DNA of 64,000 nucleotides from assembly GCA_036397815.1 (NCBI GenBank), contig DASWIE010000030.1, positions 3,272 through 67,271 on the forward strand. Reading direction: 5' to 3'. The number at the start of each line of letters is the position of its first letter. Within the stretch, counting starts at the first letter, position 1. The DNA comes from Candidatus Limnocylindria bacterium. GTDB lineage: Bacteria > Chloroflexota > Limnocylindria > QHBO01. The notes under the pieces were generated by a model. That model did not search any database. It was not told the origin of the DNA and saw only the letters and a list, made by a program, of their open reading frames with translations. Shown here in pieces: positions 1 through 22,600 of this stretch. The translations under genes were made by a program, and so were the position numbers.

Positions 1-233
1 ACAAGGTGGTCAGCCTGCGCGGCGGGCTCCTTGGCTCGACCGCGATCGACGCGGCGGCGCTGACTCGGATGGCGACCCTGCCGAGCCGCGAGGTCCTGTT
101 GGGCAGGCTGGCGGGCGGGCTCGCCGGACCGATCACCGGCTTCGCCGGCGTATTGGCGGCCAACCTCCGCAACCTGGCCGGCGTCCTGGCCGCGGTGGCC
201 GATCAGAAGCGACAGACCGAAGGCGCCGCCTGA
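1..233 (+). CDS. rplJ: 50S ribosomal protein L10, 3' part (truncated by window edge)
   Basis: C-terminal L10 motif '[16 protein letters not shown]'; lies directly upstream of rplL. Confidence 0.93.
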   Translation, partial: KVVSLRGGLLGSTAIDAAALTRMATLPSREVLLGRLAGGLAGPITGFAGVLAANLRNLAGVLAAVADQKRQTEGAA

Positions 234-318
234 GCCGCGCCACCCCAAACGGGCAGTAGCCCTACCTACCGGCAGTGGCCCACGCACGGGCGGCAGCCCG
301 ACAAGGAGAGAAGCACAT

Positions 319-717
319 ATGGCAACCAAGACCCTGGGTAAGGACGAGATCCTCGAGGCCATCTCGGGCATGACCGTCCTGGAGCTCGCCGACCTCGTGA
401 AGGCGGTGGAGGAGAAGTTCGGCGTCACCGCGGCCGCTCCGGTGGCGATGGCCGCCGCGCCCGCCGCCGGCGGGGGAGACGGCGCAGCCGCTCCGGCCGA
501 GGAGAAGACCGAGTTCGACTCCGTCCTGACCGAGGTCGGCCCGAACAAGATCCTGGTCATCAAGGCCGTGCGCGAGCTGACCGGCCTGGGCCTCAAGGAG
601 GCGAAGGACCTCGTCGACGCCGCTCCCAAGGCGGTGAAGGAGGGCGTCACCAAGGAGGAGGCCGACCAGGTCAAGGAGAAGCTGGCCGAGGCCGGAGCAA
701 CTGTCGAGATTCGCTAG
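319..717 (+). CDS. rplL: 50S ribosomal protein L7/L12
   Basis: [37 protein letters not shown]; SD AAGGAG upstream. Confidence 0.99.
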   Translation: MATKTLGKDEILEAISGMTVLELADLVKAVEEKFGVTAAAPVAMAAAPAAGGGDGAAAPAEEKTEFDSVLTEVGPNKILVIKAVRELTGLGLKEAKDLVDAAPKAVKEGVTKEEADQVKEKLAEAGATVEIR

Positions 718-930
718 GCCGGCCAGTCTGTTCAGGTCCGCGATCGCGCAGCATTCCTAACGGCCAAGTTGGGAGGCCCGGTTAGCCGCTGGGATCAGCC
801 GGCGTTCCCCACGGCCATCAACGGGCCCTTGGGGAGGTTTACTTGGCGGATAGGAACAAAGGCTGATCACGGCGTTCGGCACCGCGCTCGCCGTCAGTCG
901 GCCGCGCCCATTTTCACGAGAGCGCTTCAC

Positions 931-958
931 TTGACGAAGCGCTCACGAGTGATATACT
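931..958 (+). promoter_or_regulatory. sigma70-type promoter of rpoBC
   Basis: TTGACG (931-936), 16-nt spacer, extended -10 TG-A-TATACT (950-958). Confidence 0.75.
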
Positions 959-1007
959 CCTCTTTCGCGTGTCCGCGCCCCACCATGCCTTCCAGCAGGA
1001 GTCCTGA

Positions 1008-4490
<3,483 letters not shown>

Positions 4491-4612
4491 TCGGGGAAGC
4501 GGCGCCGAGAAGGCGCCGCGACCCACCCATCGGTCCATTGCCTGCCGGGGCCTGGTCAGCCCTGGCGTCCCGAGCCAGATGCGGCGTCAGCCGCAGGAGT
4601 CGTAAGCCGCTC

Positions 4613-9040
<4,428 letters not shown>

Positions 9041-9284
9041 GCGTGCCGAACGCCTCAACCTGGACCGATGGGCGGGCCGGCAGGACCACCGGCCCCCGGC
9101 AGCGCCACCCGTTGTGGCATTTTGACGATCGAGTCGTCGCCCAACTGCCTGATCAGCCATCAGGATGGTCGATCGGCCACAGGTCGTGGCGCTTCGGCCA
9201 TCGATTGCCGGCCGGGCCGGTTGATCGACTGGTCCGATGGTCAGAATGCCACGGGCTGTGGCGTCCCGGGGAGACTGCCTCCGG

Positions 9285-9314
9285 TTGACACTCTGAGCGT
9301 GCGAGCCGTATACT
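9285..9314 (+). promoter_or_regulatory. sigma70-type promoter of the str/S10/spc superoperon
   Basis: TTGACA (9285-9290), 18-nt spacer, TATACT (9309-9314). Confidence 0.8.
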
Positions 9315-9473
9315 CCGCCTTCGGTGTCCCGCTTGCGGGACGCCTTCGTGTGTGCCCGTTGGGCACCCCTTGCTGAAGCTCTCCCGAGCACCCTTCCCCG
9401 GGTGCGCGCGGGCCTCGTGAGGCGCGAATCGCAGCATCGGCGCACATCCTGAGAACACAACGCGAGGTCCTCG

Positions 9474-9893
<420 letters not shown>

Positions 9894-9897
9894 GCCG

Positions 9898-10371
9898 ATG
9901 CCGCGACGTCCCACCATCGCCCGCAAGAGCAAGTACTCCGAGCAGCTGGTCGGCACCGCGCTGACGATCGACCAGTTCACGCACAAGCTCATGCGCGGCG
10001 GTAAGCGCCAGCTCGCCTCCCGCATCCTGGAGGACGCCATCGCCCGCTGTGAGAAGGGGGCGGGGCGCGCCGGGGTGGAGGTGATGGAGCTCGCCCTGCG
10101 CAACGCGATGCCGCTCATCGAGGTGAAGCCCAAGCGCGTCGGCGGCTCGACCTACCAGATCCCGGTCGAGGTCCGCGCCGACCGCCGCATCAGCCTCGGC
10201 ATGCGCTGGCTGATCGAGTCCGCCCGCAAGCGGAACGGTCGCAGCATGGCCGAGAAGCTGGCGGGCGAGTTCATGGATGCCGCCAACGGTGTTGGTGCCG
10301 CGGTCAAGCGCCGCGAGGACACCCACCGCATGGCGGAGGCCAACAAGGCCTTCAGCCACTTCAAGTGGTAG
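9898..10371 (+). CDS. rpsG: 30S ribosomal protein S7
   Basis: [25 protein letters not shown]. Confidence 0.98.
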   Translation: MPRRPTIARKSKYSEQLVGTALTIDQFTHKLMRGGKRQLASRILEDAIARCEKGAGRAGVEVMELALRNAMPLIEVKPKRVGGSTYQIPVEVRADRRISLGMRWLIESARKRNGRSMAEKLAGEFMDAANGVGAAVKRREDTHRMAEANKAFSHFKW

Positions 10372-10376
10372 CCACC

Positions 10377-12482
<2,106 letters not shown>

Positions 12483-12511
12483 CGAGCGCAAGGAGCAAAC
12501 GAGAGACAACC

Positions 12512-13714
<1,203 letters not shown>

Positions 13715-13718
13715 CGCC

Positions 13719-14027
13719 ATGGCCAAGCAGCGCATCCGCATCCGGCTCAAGGCGTATGACCACAAGCTGCTCGACCAGTCGGCCGAGCAGATCGTGGAGA
13801 CGGCGCAACGGACCGGTGCCGCCATTGCGGGACCGGTTCCGTTGCCGACCCGGATCGAGAAGTACACGGTCATCCGTGGCCCATTCGTCCACAAGGACGG
13901 GCGGGAGCAGTTCGAGATCCGGACCCACAAGCGGCTGATCGACATCATCGATCCGTCGACCAAGACCGTGGATGCGCTGATGCGGCTGAGCCTGGCCGCC
14001 GGCGTCGATATCGAGATCAAGATGTGA
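13719..14027 (+). CDS. rpsJ: 30S ribosomal protein S10
   Basis: [32 protein letters not shown]. Confidence 0.99.
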   Translation: MAKQRIRIRLKAYDHKLLDQSAEQIVETAQRTGAAIAGPVPLPTRIEKYTVIRGPFVHKDGREQFEIRTHKRLIDIIDPSTKTVDALMRLSLAAGVDIEIKM

Positions 14028-14089
14028 GTCGGGGGCGCCCCATGGGACGGCCCCACCCCACCCACCATCCAGGAGAGGAAGTTCGTAGA

Positions 14090-14713
14090 GTGCCGGCAGG
14101 TTTGATCGGGCGGAAGCTCGGGATGACGCGGATCTTCGGCGACGACGGCAGTGTCGTCCCGGTCAGCGTCATCGAGGCTACCCCCAACAGCATCACGCGG
14201 CTCCGCACGCCGGAGCGGGACGGCTATGCCGCCCTGCAGCTCGGCGCGGGCGTCGCGCGGCGCCAGACCAAGCCGGTCGCCGGCCAGTTCGCGCACCTCG
14301 ACAAGGCCCTGCAGAAGCCGGCCTCGGTCCGCGAGGTGCGGGTCGACTCGGTCGATGGCTTCGAGGTCGGCCAGACGCTCGACGTCAGCCTGTTCGAGCC
14401 GGGCGACCTGGTCGACGTGGTCGGCGTGAGCCGCGGTCACGGCTTCGTCGGGACCATCGCGCGCCACAACTTCAAGCGCGGGCCGAAGACCCACGGCTCG
14501 ACCAACTATCGGGCTCCGGGCTCGATCGGCGCCGGTACCACCCCCGGACGCGTCTTCAAGGGGACGCGGATGGGCGGCCACATGGGCGACGAGCGGGTGA
14601 CGGTCAAGAAGCTGAAGGTCATCCGCGTCGACGCCGAGCGCAACCTGATCCTGCTCAGGGGTGCGGTTCCCGGCGCGCGCAACGGCCTGCTGCTGGTGCA
14701 GAAGGCGAAGTGA
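14090..14713 (+). CDS. rplC: 50S ribosomal protein L3
   Basis: [21 protein letters not shown]; GTG start at 14090 after AGGAGAGG. Confidence 0.97.
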   Translation: MPAGLIGRKLGMTRIFGDDGSVVPVSVIEATPNSITRLRTPERDGYAALQLGAGVARRQTKPVAGQFAHLDKALQKPASVREVRVDSVDGFEVGQTLDVSLFEPGDLVDVVGVSRGHGFVGTIARHNFKRGPKTHGSTNYRAPGSIGAGTTPGRVFKGTRMGGHMGDERVTVKKLKVIRVDAERNLILLRGAVPGARNGLLLVQKAK

Positions 14714-15336
14714 GCATGGACCACAAGATCCTGACGGCGACCGGCAAGGAGGCTGGCCAGGTGGACCTGGCCGAGTCGCTTTTCGGCGCGCCGGTGAGCG
14801 AGACGCTCATTCACCAGGCCGTCGTGCGCCAGCTGGCGGGACGCCGGATCGGCGCCGCCGACACGTTGACCCGCGGCCAGGTGACCGGCGGCGGCCGCAA
14901 GCCGTGGCGCCAGAAGGGGACCGGGCGAGCGCGGCAGGGCAGCCGCACCGCGCCGCAGTGGAAGGGTGGCGGCGTCGTGTTCGGTCCGCACCCGCGCGGG
15001 TACGAGCAGAAGCTCAACGCCAAGATGCGCCGCGCGGCGCTCCAGGGCGTGCTCAGCTCGAAGGCGGCCGAAGGCGCCCTGCGCGTGGTGGAGGGCTTCG
15101 AGCTGGACGAGATCGAGACTCGGGCCTTCGCCGAGCGGCTCGCCGCCTGGAAGGCCGAGGGCAAGGTGCTCGTGGTCCTGGCCGCGCGGGATCACGTCGT
15201 CGAGCGTTCGTGCCGCAACCTGCGCGAAGTGCGGGTCATCCTGGCCGATAGCCTGAATGTGATCGACCTGCTGGAGGCCGATACGGTCGTCTTCACCCGC
15301 GACGCCCTGGCACGCGCCCAGGAGGTGTACGCATGA
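14710..15336 (+). CDS. rplD: 50S ribosomal protein L4
   Basis: [23 protein letters not shown]; start may be ATG 14716. Confidence 0.98.
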   Translation: MSMDHKILTATGKEAGQVDLAESLFGAPVSETLIHQAVVRQLAGRRIGAADTLTRGQVTGGGRKPWRQKGTGRARQGSRTAPQWKGGGVVFGPHPRGYEQKLNAKMRRAALQGVLSSKAAEGALRVVEGFELDEIETRAFAERLAAWKAEGKVLVVLAARDHVVERSCRNLREVRVILADSLNVIDLLEADTVVFTRDALARAQEVYA

Positions 15337-15629
15337 CCGCCGTCAGCCTGCACGACATCCTGCTGCGCCCGGTGATCAGCGAGAAGAGCGTGGCCGAGAC
15401 GGAGCGCAACAACTACACCTTCGCCGTCGCGCGCGACGCGAACAAGTTCCAGATCAAGGCCGCAGTCGAAGCCGAGTTCAAGGTGAACGTGCTCGGCGTG
15501 CGCGTCATGAGCGTCAAGCCCAAGCAGAAGCGCCGCGGCCGCCGCCAGATGGGCACCGTTCCCGGCTGGCGCAAGGCGGTGGTGACCATCGCCGCGGGCC
15601 AGAAGATCGAACTCTTCGAGGCGGTGTAA
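15333..15629 (+). CDS. rplW: 50S ribosomal protein L23
   Basis: [26 protein letters not shown]. Confidence 0.97.
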   Translation: MTAVSLHDILLRPVISEKSVAETERNNYTFAVARDANKFQIKAAVEAEFKVNVLGVRVMSVKPKQKRRGRRQMGTVPGWRKAVVTIAAGQKIELFEAV

Positions 15630-15634
15630 GGACC

Positions 15635-16465
15635 ATGCCACTTCGCAAGTACCGGCCGACCAGCCCCGGCCTGCGCCAGATGACGCGATCGACCTTCGAG
15701 GAGATCACGCACGACGAGCCGTACAGGCCGCTCACCGAGCGCCTCGTGTCGCGGGCCGGGCGCAACAGCCAGGGCAAGCTGACCGTGCGCCACCAGGGCG
15801 CCGGCCACAAGCGGCTCTACCGCGTGATCGACTGGAAGCGCGACAAGGCCGGCGTGCCCGCAACGATCGCCACGGTCGAGTACGACCCGAACCGATCGGC
15901 GCGGATCGGACTGCTCCACTACGCCGATGGCGAGAAGCGCTACATGCTGCTGCCCCACGGCCTGGGGGTCGGCGACTCGGTCACCTCCGGCCGTGACGTG
16001 GAGGCGAGGATCGGCAACGCCCTGCCCCTGTCTCGCATCCCGCTCGGCACCCAGATCCACAACGTCGAGCTGGTGGCGGGTCGCGGCGGACAGATCGTGC
16101 GCTCCGCCGGCAGCAGCGCGCAGCTGCTCGCCAAGGAGGGTGAGATGGCCACCATCCGCCTTCCCTCCGGCGAGGTGCGCCGGGTGCGCGCCGAGTGCAT
16201 GGCCACCGTGGGGCAGGTGAGCAACCTCGACCACGAGAACCAGAACATCGGCAAGGCCGGACGGAGCCGGCATCTCGGCCGGCGGCCTCAGGTGCGCGGC
16301 GTGGTGATGAACCCGAACGACCATCCACACGGCGGTGGCGAGGGCAAGTCGCCGACCGGCATGCCGCCCAAGACGCCGTGGGGCAAGCCGGCGATGGGCC
16401 TGCGCACCCGAAAGAACAAGACCACCGGCAAGAACATCGTCCGCCGTCGGTATGGGCGGGGTTAG
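15635..16465 (+). CDS. rplB: 50S ribosomal protein L2
   Basis: [23 protein letters not shown]. Confidence 0.99.
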   Translation: MPLRKYRPTSPGLRQMTRSTFEEITHDEPYRPLTERLVSRAGRNSQGKLTVRHQGAGHKRLYRVIDWKRDKAGVPATIATVEYDPNRSARIGLLHYADGEKRYMLLPHGLGVGDSVTSGRDVEARIGNALPLSRIPLGTQIHNVELVAGRGGQIVRSAGSSAQLLAKEGEMATIRLPSGEVRRVRAECMATVGQVSNLDHENQNIGKAGRSRHLGRRPQVRGVVMNPNDHPHGGGEGKSPTGMPPKTPWGKPAMGLRTRKNKTTGKNIVRRRYGRG

Positions 16466-16474
16466 GAGGGCGCG

Positions 16475-16759
16475 ATGAGTCGTTCCGTCAAGAAGGGACC
16501 ATTTGTCGACGCGCGCCTGCTCGGCCGCATCGACGAGATGAACAAGCGCAACGAGCGCAAGGTGCTGAAGACCTGGTCGCGGGCCAGCGTGGTCTTCCCG
16601 GCCATGATCGGTCACACCATCGCGGTGCACGACGGTCGGCGGCACGTGCCGGTCTTCATCACCGAGAACATGGTCGGCCACCGGCTCGGCGAGTTCGCTC
16701 CGACGCGGCACTACCGTGGCCACGGCAAGGCCACCGAACGCTCGTCGGCGCTGAAGTAG
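16475..16759 (+). CDS. rpsS: 30S ribosomal protein S19
   Basis: [30 protein letters not shown]. Confidence 0.99.
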   Translation: MSRSVKKGPFVDARLLGRIDEMNKRNERKVLKTWSRASVVFPAMIGHTIAVHDGRRHVPVFITENMVGHRLGEFAPTRHYRGHGKATERSSALK

Positions 16760-16771
16760 GAGCCTGAGTCG

Positions 16772-17113
16772 ATGCGCGTGACCGCCACCGCCAAGTACAT
16801 CCGCATCAGCCCGCGCAAGGTGCGGCTGGTGACCGACCTGATCAGCGGCAAGCCCGTCGAGGAGGCGGCCGCCATCCTGCGCTTCCTGCCGAACGCGGCG
16901 GCGCGCGACGTGGCCAAGGTGCTGAAGAGCGCCACGGCCAATGCCGAGAACAACTTCAACCTTTCGGCCGACGAGCTCACGGTGGTGAGCGCCGTCGCCG
17001 ACGAGGGCCCGACCCTGAAGCGGTGGCGACCCCGCGCCCAGGGACGGACCTTCGGGATCCTGAAGCGAACGAGCCACATCACGATCGCCGTGGCTGACCA
17101 AGAGGAGGCCTGA
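16772..17113 (+). CDS. rplV: 50S ribosomal protein L22
   Basis: [25 protein letters not shown]. Confidence 0.98.
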   Translation: MRVTATAKYIRISPRKVRLVTDLISGKPVEEAAAILRFLPNAAARDVAKVLKSATANAENNFNLSADELTVVSAVADEGPTLKRWRPRAQGRTFGILKRTSHITIAVADQEEA

Positions 17114-17925
17114 TGGGCCACAAGGTTCACCCCTACGGATTTCGGATCGGGATCATCAAGCCCTGGCTGGCGAAGTGGTACGCCGACCGCGACTACGCGA
17201 CCCTGCTGCAGGAGGACATGCGCGTCCGGCAGCTCGTGGCCAAGCAGCTGGCCAACGCCAGCGTCAGCCAGGTCGAGATCGAGCGCGGCATCAACCACGT
17301 GACGGTGACGGTGCACTCGGCCAAGCCGGGGATCGTGATCGGCAAGGGCGGCGCCAACGTCGAGCTGCTGCGCACCTCGATCGGCAAGCTGACCGACAAG
17401 AAGGTCAAGCTCGAGATCAAGGAGATCCTGCAGCCCGAGCTCGACGCCGTGCTCGTGGCCCAGAACGTGGCCGGCCAGCTGGAGCGCCGGATCGCGTTCC
17501 GCAAGGCGATCAAGCAGACCATCCAGCGCACCATCAAGGCTGGCGCCAAGGGCGTGAAGATCCAGGTCTCGGGCCGCCTCGGTGGCTCGGAGATGAGCCG
17601 TACCGAGTGGGATCGGGAGGGGCGCATCCCGTTGGGCACCCTGCGCGCCGACATCAGCTACGGCGTCGTGCACGCTCGCACGACCTATGGCCGCATCGGC
17701 GTCAAGGTCTGGGTCTACCGCGGCGAGCAGCTCGCCGAGCGACCCGGATCGGCACGCACCGAGCCGCGTGAGCAGCGCGCCCGCACCCCTCGCGGCCGGA
17801 CCCGCTCGGCCGCGCAGCCGGCCGCCGTCGAAGCCGCGGCCGGCACGGCTGCCGCTGCGGCTGCCCCGGCGCCGAGCGCACCCGCCGCCGCAGAGCAGCC
17901 GGCGACCGCGGGCGAGGAGGCCTGA
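17113..17925 (+). CDS. rpsC: 30S ribosomal protein S3 with Ala/Pro-rich C-terminal tail
   Basis: [33 protein letters not shown]. Confidence 0.99.
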   Translation: MGHKVHPYGFRIGIIKPWLAKWYADRDYATLLQEDMRVRQLVAKQLANASVSQVEIERGINHVTVTVHSAKPGIVIGKGGANVELLRTSIGKLTDKKVKLEIKEILQPELDAVLVAQNVAGQLERRIAFRKAIKQTIQRTIKAGAKGVKIQVSGRLGGSEMSRTEWDREGRIPLGTLRADISYGVVHARTTYGRIGVKVWVYRGEQLAERPGSARTEPREQRARTPRGRTRSAAQPAAVEAAAGTAAAAAAPAPSAPAAAEQPATAGEEA

Positions 17926-17929
17926 TCAG

Positions 17930-18358
17930 ATGCTGATGCCAAAGCGCGTCAAGCACCGCAAGGTGCAGCGCGGCCGCCGGTCGGGAATGGCGAAGGGTGG
18001 CACCACCGTCAGCTTCGGCGACTTCGGCCTGATGGCCGAGGAGGTCTGCTGGCTCACCAGCCGCCAGATCGAGGCGGCGCGCCGCGCCATGACCCACCAC
18101 ATCAAGCGGGGTGGACGGATCTGGATCCGGGTCTTCCCCGACAAGCCGGTCACCAAGAAGCCGGCGGAGGTGCGGATGGGCTCGGGCAAAGGAGCGCCAG
18201 ACCACTGGGTCGCGGTCGTCAAGCCCGGGCGGGTGATGTTCGAGATGTCCGGCGTGCCGGAGACCGTCGCCCGCGAGGCGATGCGGCTCGCCAGCCACAA
18301 GCTGCCGATCTCCACCAAGTTCGTGATCAAGGAGGGCGTGGAACATGGACATCAGTGA
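17930..18358 (+). CDS. rplP: 50S ribosomal protein L16
   Basis: [34 protein letters not shown]; start ATG 17930. Confidence 0.98.
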   Translation: MLMPKRVKHRKVQRGRRSGMAKGGTTVSFGDFGLMAEEVCWLTSRQIEAARRAMTHHIKRGGRIWIRVFPDKPVTKKPAEVRMGSGKGAPDHWVAVVKPGRVMFEMSGVPETVAREAMRLASHKLPISTKFVIKEGVEHGHQ

Positions 18359-18572
18359 GATCCGGCGTCTCTCCGACCAGGACCTGGCGGGCGCCCTCGT
18401 CGAGGCCAAGCAGGAGCTCTGGAAGGTCCGTTTCGACCTCGCCACCAGGCAGGAGAAGAACTACAGCAGGTTGCCGGCGACCCGCCAGCGGATCGCTCGC
18501 ATCCTGACCGTCATGACCGAGCGCCAGCACGCGGCGGCCGCCGCGACCGCTGACGCCGAGAAGGCCAGCTGA
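18345..18572 (+). CDS. rpmC: 50S ribosomal protein L29
   Basis: [17 protein letters not shown]; position between rplP and rpsQ. Confidence 0.93.
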   Translation: MDISEIRRLSDQDLAGALVEAKQELWKVRFDLATRQEKNYSRLPATRQRIARILTVMTERQHAAAAATADAEKAS

Positions 18573-18841
18573 TGCAGGGAAAGCGGCGTCTGAAGCTCGG
18601 GCGCGTGGTGTCCGACAAGATGGACAAGACGGTGGTCGTCAGCGTTGAACGGCTGCGCCGCCACCCGGTCTACAAGCGGGTGGTGCGGCTGTCGAGCAAG
18701 TTCAAGGCGCACGACGAGGAGAACTCAGCGCGCGTCGGCGACACGGTGCGGATCGAGGAGAGCCGTCCGCTCTCGCGCGAGAAGCGGTGGCGGGTGGTCG
18801 AGGTGGTCGCCCGCGGCTCCTACGAGGAGCTGGTGGACTAG
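18572..18841 (+). CDS. rpsQ: 30S ribosomal protein S17
   Basis: [27 protein letters not shown]. Confidence 0.98.
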   Translation: MQGKRRLKLGRVVSDKMDKTVVVSVERLRRHPVYKRVVRLSSKFKAHDEENSARVGDTVRIEESRPLSREKRWRVVEVVARGSYEELVD

Positions 18842-18843
18842 CC

Positions 18844-19212
18844 GTGATCCGTCAGTACACCCGGCTGCGCGTGGCCGACAACACCGGCGCGCGGACGCTC
18901 ATGTGCATCACCATCGTCGGTCGGTCGCGCTCCGACTCGGCCGAGGTCGGTGACGTCATCGTGGCGAGCGTCAAGCAAGCGTTGCCCAACTCCGGCGTCA
19001 AGAAGGGCGACGTCGTGCGTGCCGTGGTGGTCCGCACCAGCAAGGAGTACGGCCGGCCGGACGGCAGCCACATCCGCTTCGACGAGAACGCGGCGGTGCT
19101 GATCACGCCGCAGGGCAACCCGCGTGGGACCCGCATCTTCGGGCCCGTCGCGCGCGAGCTTCGCGAGCGCAACTACATGAAGATCGTTTCGCTCGCGCCG
19201 GAGGTGCTCTAG
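18844..19212 (+). CDS. rplN: 50S ribosomal protein L14
   Basis: [35 protein letters not shown]; GTG start at 18844. Confidence 0.98.
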   Translation: MIRQYTRLRVADNTGARTLMCITIVGRSRSDSAEVGDVIVASVKQALPNSGVKKGDVVRAVVVRTSKEYGRPDGSHIRFDENAAVLITPQGNPRGTRIFGPVARELRERNYMKIVSLAPEVL

Positions 19213-19542
19213 ATGAACGTGCGGAAGGGCGACACGGTGCTGGTGCTGGCCGGCAAGGATCGCGGCAAGCGCGGAACCGTCGAGCGCGTCGAGCGCACCA
19301 AGCGCGGTATGGGCGTGGTGGTGCCGGGCCTCAACATGGCCAAGCGCCACCAGCGACCGAGGACCCGCACCCAGCAGGCCGGCATCCTGGACATCCCGGT
19401 GCCGATCCACGTCAGCAACGTGCAGGTCGTCTGCCCACGCTGCGGCAAGCCGACGCGCATCGGTCACCAGGTGCTGGAGAACGGCAGCCGGGTGCGCGTC
19501 TGCAAGCATTGTGGCGAGCAGATCGAAGGGACAACCAAGTGA
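19213..19542 (+). CDS. rplX: 50S ribosomal protein L24
   Basis: [17 protein letters not shown] (KOW), PIHVSNV. Confidence 0.97.
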   Translation: MNVRKGDTVLVLAGKDRGKRGTVERVERTKRGMGVVVPGLNMAKRHQRPRTRTQQAGILDIPVPIHVSNVQVVCPRCGKPTRIGHQVLENGSRVRVCKHCGEQIEGTTK

Positions 19543-20162
19543 GCGCAGAGACACCCACCAAGCGGAAGGCAGCGTCGAAGCGAGCCCCGGCGAAGGCCGC
19601 GAACGCAGGTTCCACGCCACCGGCGGGCCTGCGCCAGCGCTACCGTGACGAGGCGGCGCCCGCGCTGCAGCGCGAGTTCGGCTATGCGAACCCGATGCAG
19701 ATCCCTCGCCTGGAGAAGGTGGTCGTCAACATCGGCCTGGGAGAGGCGATCCAGAACGCGAAGGCCCTCGATGCGGCGGTCGGCGACCTCACCCAGATCA
19801 CCGGCCAGAAGCCGATCGTGACCCGCGCCAAGCGCTCGATCGCCCAGTTCCGGTTGCGAACCGGGATGCCGATCGGCGCCAAGGTGACGCTGCGCGGGCA
19901 GCGGATGTACGACTTCCTGGAGCGCACCCTGCGCCTGGCGCTGCCGCGCATCCGCGACTTCAGGGGGATCGCGACCCGCTCGTTCGACGGGCGCGGCAAC
20001 TTCAGCCTCGGGCTGCGCGAGCAGCTCGTCTATCCCGAGATCGACTACGACAAGATCGACCGGCTCCGCGGGCTGGAGATCAGCATCGTGACCACGGCCA
20101 AGACCGATGAGGAGGGGCGCAAGCTCCTGGAGCTCCTCGGCATGCCGTTCCAGGCCAACTAG
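19539..20162 (+). CDS. rplE: 50S ribosomal protein L5 with Lys/Ala N-terminal extension
   Basis: [29 protein letters not shown]; GTG start overlaps rplX stop. Confidence 0.98.
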   Translation: MSAETPTKRKAASKRAPAKAANAGSTPPAGLRQRYRDEAAPALQREFGYANPMQIPRLEKVVVNIGLGEAIQNAKALDAAVGDLTQITGQKPIVTRAKRSIAQFRLRTGMPIGAKVTLRGQRMYDFLERTLRLALPRIRDFRGIATRSFDGRGNFSLGLREQLVYPEIDYDKIDRLRGLEISIVTTAKTDEEGRKLLELLGMPFQAN

Positions 20163-20174
20163 CGAGGAAACCGA

Positions 20175-20360
20175 GTGGCGAAGAAGTCGAAGATCGCGAA
20201 GGCACGGCGGGCGCCGCGCTTCCCGGTCCAGCAGCACAACCGCTGCTCGATCTGCGGGCGGCCGCGGGGCTACATGCGCCGCTTCGCGATGTGCCGAATC
20301 TGCTTCCGGGAGCGGGCCTTGGAGGGCCAGCTTCCCGGCGTGACCAAGTCGAGCTGGTAG
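20175..20360 (+). CDS. rpsZ: 30S ribosomal protein S14, zinc-binding type Z
   Basis: 61 aa; [25 protein letters not shown]. Confidence 0.97.
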   Translation: MAKKSKIAKARRAPRFPVQQHNRCSICGRPRGYMRRFAMCRICFRERALEGQLPGVTKSSW

Positions 20361-20460
20361 CTCAGGTCAATCGGCCGCCGCGCGGGCGGCCCCATCAGCG
20401 GCAGGCGCCGACCACGCCGCGCGTGGCGCGTACCACCGTCGAGGAGACACCGAAACCGAC

Positions 20461-20859
20461 ATGAACGTAACCGACCCGATCGCCGACATGCTGACGCGGA
20501 TCCGCAACGCGAGCGCCGCGCGGCACCGTGAGCTGATGCTGCCCTCGTCCCGGGTGAAGCGCGAGATCGCGCGCATCCTTGTCGAGGAGGGCTTCATCGA
20601 TGGCTACTCGACCAGCCAGGACGGTATCCAGGAGATGCTCTCGCTGCAGCTGAAGTACGTCGAGGGCCGCACGCCGGTCGTCAGCGGGCTGAAGCGGATC
20701 TCCAAGCCGGGCCTGCGGGTCTACGCCCGCAAGACCGAGATTCCCCGCGTCCTGGGCGGGCTCGGGATGGCCATCCTCTCCACCTCGCGCGGGATCATGA
20801 CCGGGTCGCAGGCCCGGAAGCTGAATCTCGGCGGCGAGGTCCTCTGCTATGTCTGGTAG
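20461..20859 (+). CDS. rpsH: 30S ribosomal protein S8
   Basis: [32 protein letters not shown]. Confidence 0.99.
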   Translation: MNVTDPIADMLTRIRNASAARHRELMLPSSRVKREIARILVEEGFIDGYSTSQDGIQEMLSLQLKYVEGRTPVVSGLKRISKPGLRVYARKTEIPRVLGGLGMAILSTSRGIMTGSQARKLNLGGEVLCYVW

Positions 20860-20871
20860 GGGAGCGAGCTG

Positions 20872-21423
20872 ATGTCACGAATCGGTCGAATGCCGATCGC
20901 GCTGCCGTCCGGGGTGGAGGTCACCCAGGAGGGTCGACTGCTGCGCGTCAAGGGCCCGCTCGGAACGCTGGAGCGGGAAATCCATCCCGAGATGACCGTG
21001 GAGCGCGATGACGGCCAGCTTCGCGTGGTGCGGCCGTCCGATCAGCCACGCCATCGGGCCCTGCACGGCCTGACCCGGACCCTGGTCAACAACATGGTCA
21101 CCGGCGTCACGAGCGGCTTCAGCAAGGGCCTGGAGATCAGCGGCGTCGGCTATCGCGCCCAGCTGCAGGGCACCAAGCTGGTGCTGGCCCTCGGCTACTC
21201 CCACCCGGTCGAGGTCGATCCGCCGGCCGGCATCGAGTTCCGCCTGGAGACGCCGACGCGCCTGGCGGTGTTCGGCGCCGACAAGGAGCTGGTCGGTCAG
21301 ATCGCGGCCTACATTCGCTCGCGACGAAAGCCAGAGCCGTACAAGGGCAAGGGGATCAAGTACGCGGGCGAGCAGATCCTGCGCAAGGCCGGCAAGGCCG
21401 GCAAGGTCGGAGGCGCCAAGTAA
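20872..21423 (+). CDS. rplF: 50S ribosomal protein L6
   Basis: [27 protein letters not shown]. Confidence 0.99.
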   Translation: MSRIGRMPIALPSGVEVTQEGRLLRVKGPLGTLEREIHPEMTVERDDGQLRVVRPSDQPRHRALHGLTRTLVNNMVTGVTSGFSKGLEISGVGYRAQLQGTKLVLALGYSHPVEVDPPAGIEFRLETPTRLAVFGADKELVGQIAAYIRSRRKPEPYKGKGIKYAGEQILRKAGKAGKVGGAK

Positions 21424-21782
21424 TGATCAAGAAGCAGAGCCGCGGCGCCTCGCGCCAGAAGCGGCACGCCCGCCTCCGGCTGCGCCTGTCGGGGAGCGGT
21501 GACCGCCCGCGCCTGTCGGTCTTCCGCAGCGCGAAGTACATCTACGCCCAGGTCATCGACGACACGACCGGGCGCACGCTGGCGGCGGCCTCCAGCCGGG
21601 AGGCCACCTTCGCCGGTGGGCCGGGAAAGCTCGGCGCCGCTCACGCGGTCGGCAAGGCGCTGGCCGAGCGGGCCAAGGCCGCCGGCGTTACGACCGCGGT
21701 CCTGGACCGCGGTGGATACCGATATCACGGGCGGGTTCGCTCGCTCGCCGAGGGCGCCCGCGACGGCGGCCTCGACCTGTAG
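21423..21782 (+). CDS. rplR: 50S ribosomal protein L18
   Basis: [20 protein letters not shown]. Confidence 0.98.
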   Translation: MIKKQSRGASRQKRHARLRLRLSGSGDRPRLSVFRSAKYIYAQVIDDTTGRTLAAASSREATFAGGPGKLGAAHAVGKALAERAKAAGVTTAVLDRGGYRYHGRVRSLAEGARDGGLDL

Positions 21783-21795
21783 GGCGGAGGACCAG

Positions 21796-22383
21796 ATGGC
21801 AAGAATCGACCCGACCAAGCTCAACCTGGAGGAAAAGGTCGTCCAGATCAACCGCGTGGCCAAGGTCGTCAAGGGCGGCCGGCGCTTCAGCTTCAGCGCG
21901 GTGGTGGTGGTCGGCGACCACAACGGCGTCGTGGGTGCCGGACTCGGCAAGTCGAACGAGGTACCCGAGGCGATCCGCAAGGGCGTCGAGGACGCCAAGA
22001 AGCGCCTGATCCGCGTGCCGCTCGTCGGCTCCACCATCCCGCACGAGGTCTCGCACGACTTCGGGGCCAGCACGGTGCTGCTCAAGCCGGCCTCGGCCGG
22101 CACCGGCGTCATCGCCGGCGGCTCGGTCCGATCGGTGGTGGAGGCGGCGGGGATCCGCGACCTGCTGAGCAAGTCGATGGGCAGCACCAACCCGGTGAAC
22201 GTGGTTCGCGCCACGATCGAGGCGCTCACCTCTCTGCGCTCCGCGGACGCGATCGCCGCGCGGCGTGGCAAGACGGCCGAGCAACTGCTCGGCAAGCGCG
22301 GCGCCGAGCTGGCGCGTCGCCCGCACGAGGTGATCGAGCGTCCGGCGCCCGCCTATCCGATGGGAGGCGGCCGTGGCCGCTGA
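21796..22383 (+). CDS. rpsE: 30S ribosomal protein S5
   Basis: [23 protein letters not shown]; ATG at 21796 after GGAGG. Confidence 0.98.
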   Translation: MARIDPTKLNLEEKVVQINRVAKVVKGGRRFSFSAVVVVGDHNGVVGAGLGKSNEVPEAIRKGVEDAKKRLIRVPLVGSTIPHEVSHDFGASTVLLKPASAGTGVIAGGSVRSVVEAAGIRDLLSKSMGSTNPVNVVRATIEALTSLRSADAIAARRGKTAEQLLGKRGAELARRPHEVIERPAPAYPMGGGRGR

Positions 22384-22600
22384 GCGGGGCGCTGACGCAG
22401 GACCGATGCTGCGGGTGACCTGGGTCCGCTCCACCATCGGCCACAAGGCCGGGGCCCGAGGCACCATCCGGGCGCTCGGGCTGCATCGGCTCAACCAGAC
22501 GGTGGAGATCGCGGATACGCCGGTCAACCGCGGCATGCTCCGCCGCGTCGCCTTCCTGCTCCACGTGCAGGAGCCGACCAGGGAAGGGGGTACGCAGTGA
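22373..22600 (+). CDS. rpmD: 50S ribosomal protein L30
   Basis: [25 protein letters not shown]. Confidence 0.95.
   Translation: MAAERGADAGPMLRVTWVRSTIGHKAGARGTIRALGLHRLNQTVEIADTPVNRGMLRRVAFLLHVQEPTREGGTQ

Noticed and set aside
731-756. TCAGGTCC-GCGA-TCGC-GCAGCATT resembles the SRP RNA domain IV signature
   Set aside because: The GG needed to pair with TCC and the AGCAG internal loop are missing, and no SRP-like flanking helix is evident
4538-4612. Upstream extensions given by the ORF track (rpoC 4538; also rplC 14024, rpsE 21499, glmM 33260, tsaD 46710, recO 54259, prenyl synthase 55203)
   Set aside because: Homology and SD or overlap geometry support the downstream starts used in the feature list
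20361-20460. GC hairpins in the 100-nt rpsZ-rpsH spacer
   Set aside because: Short GC stems without a U-tract or recognisable motif; not distinguishable from background at this GC content
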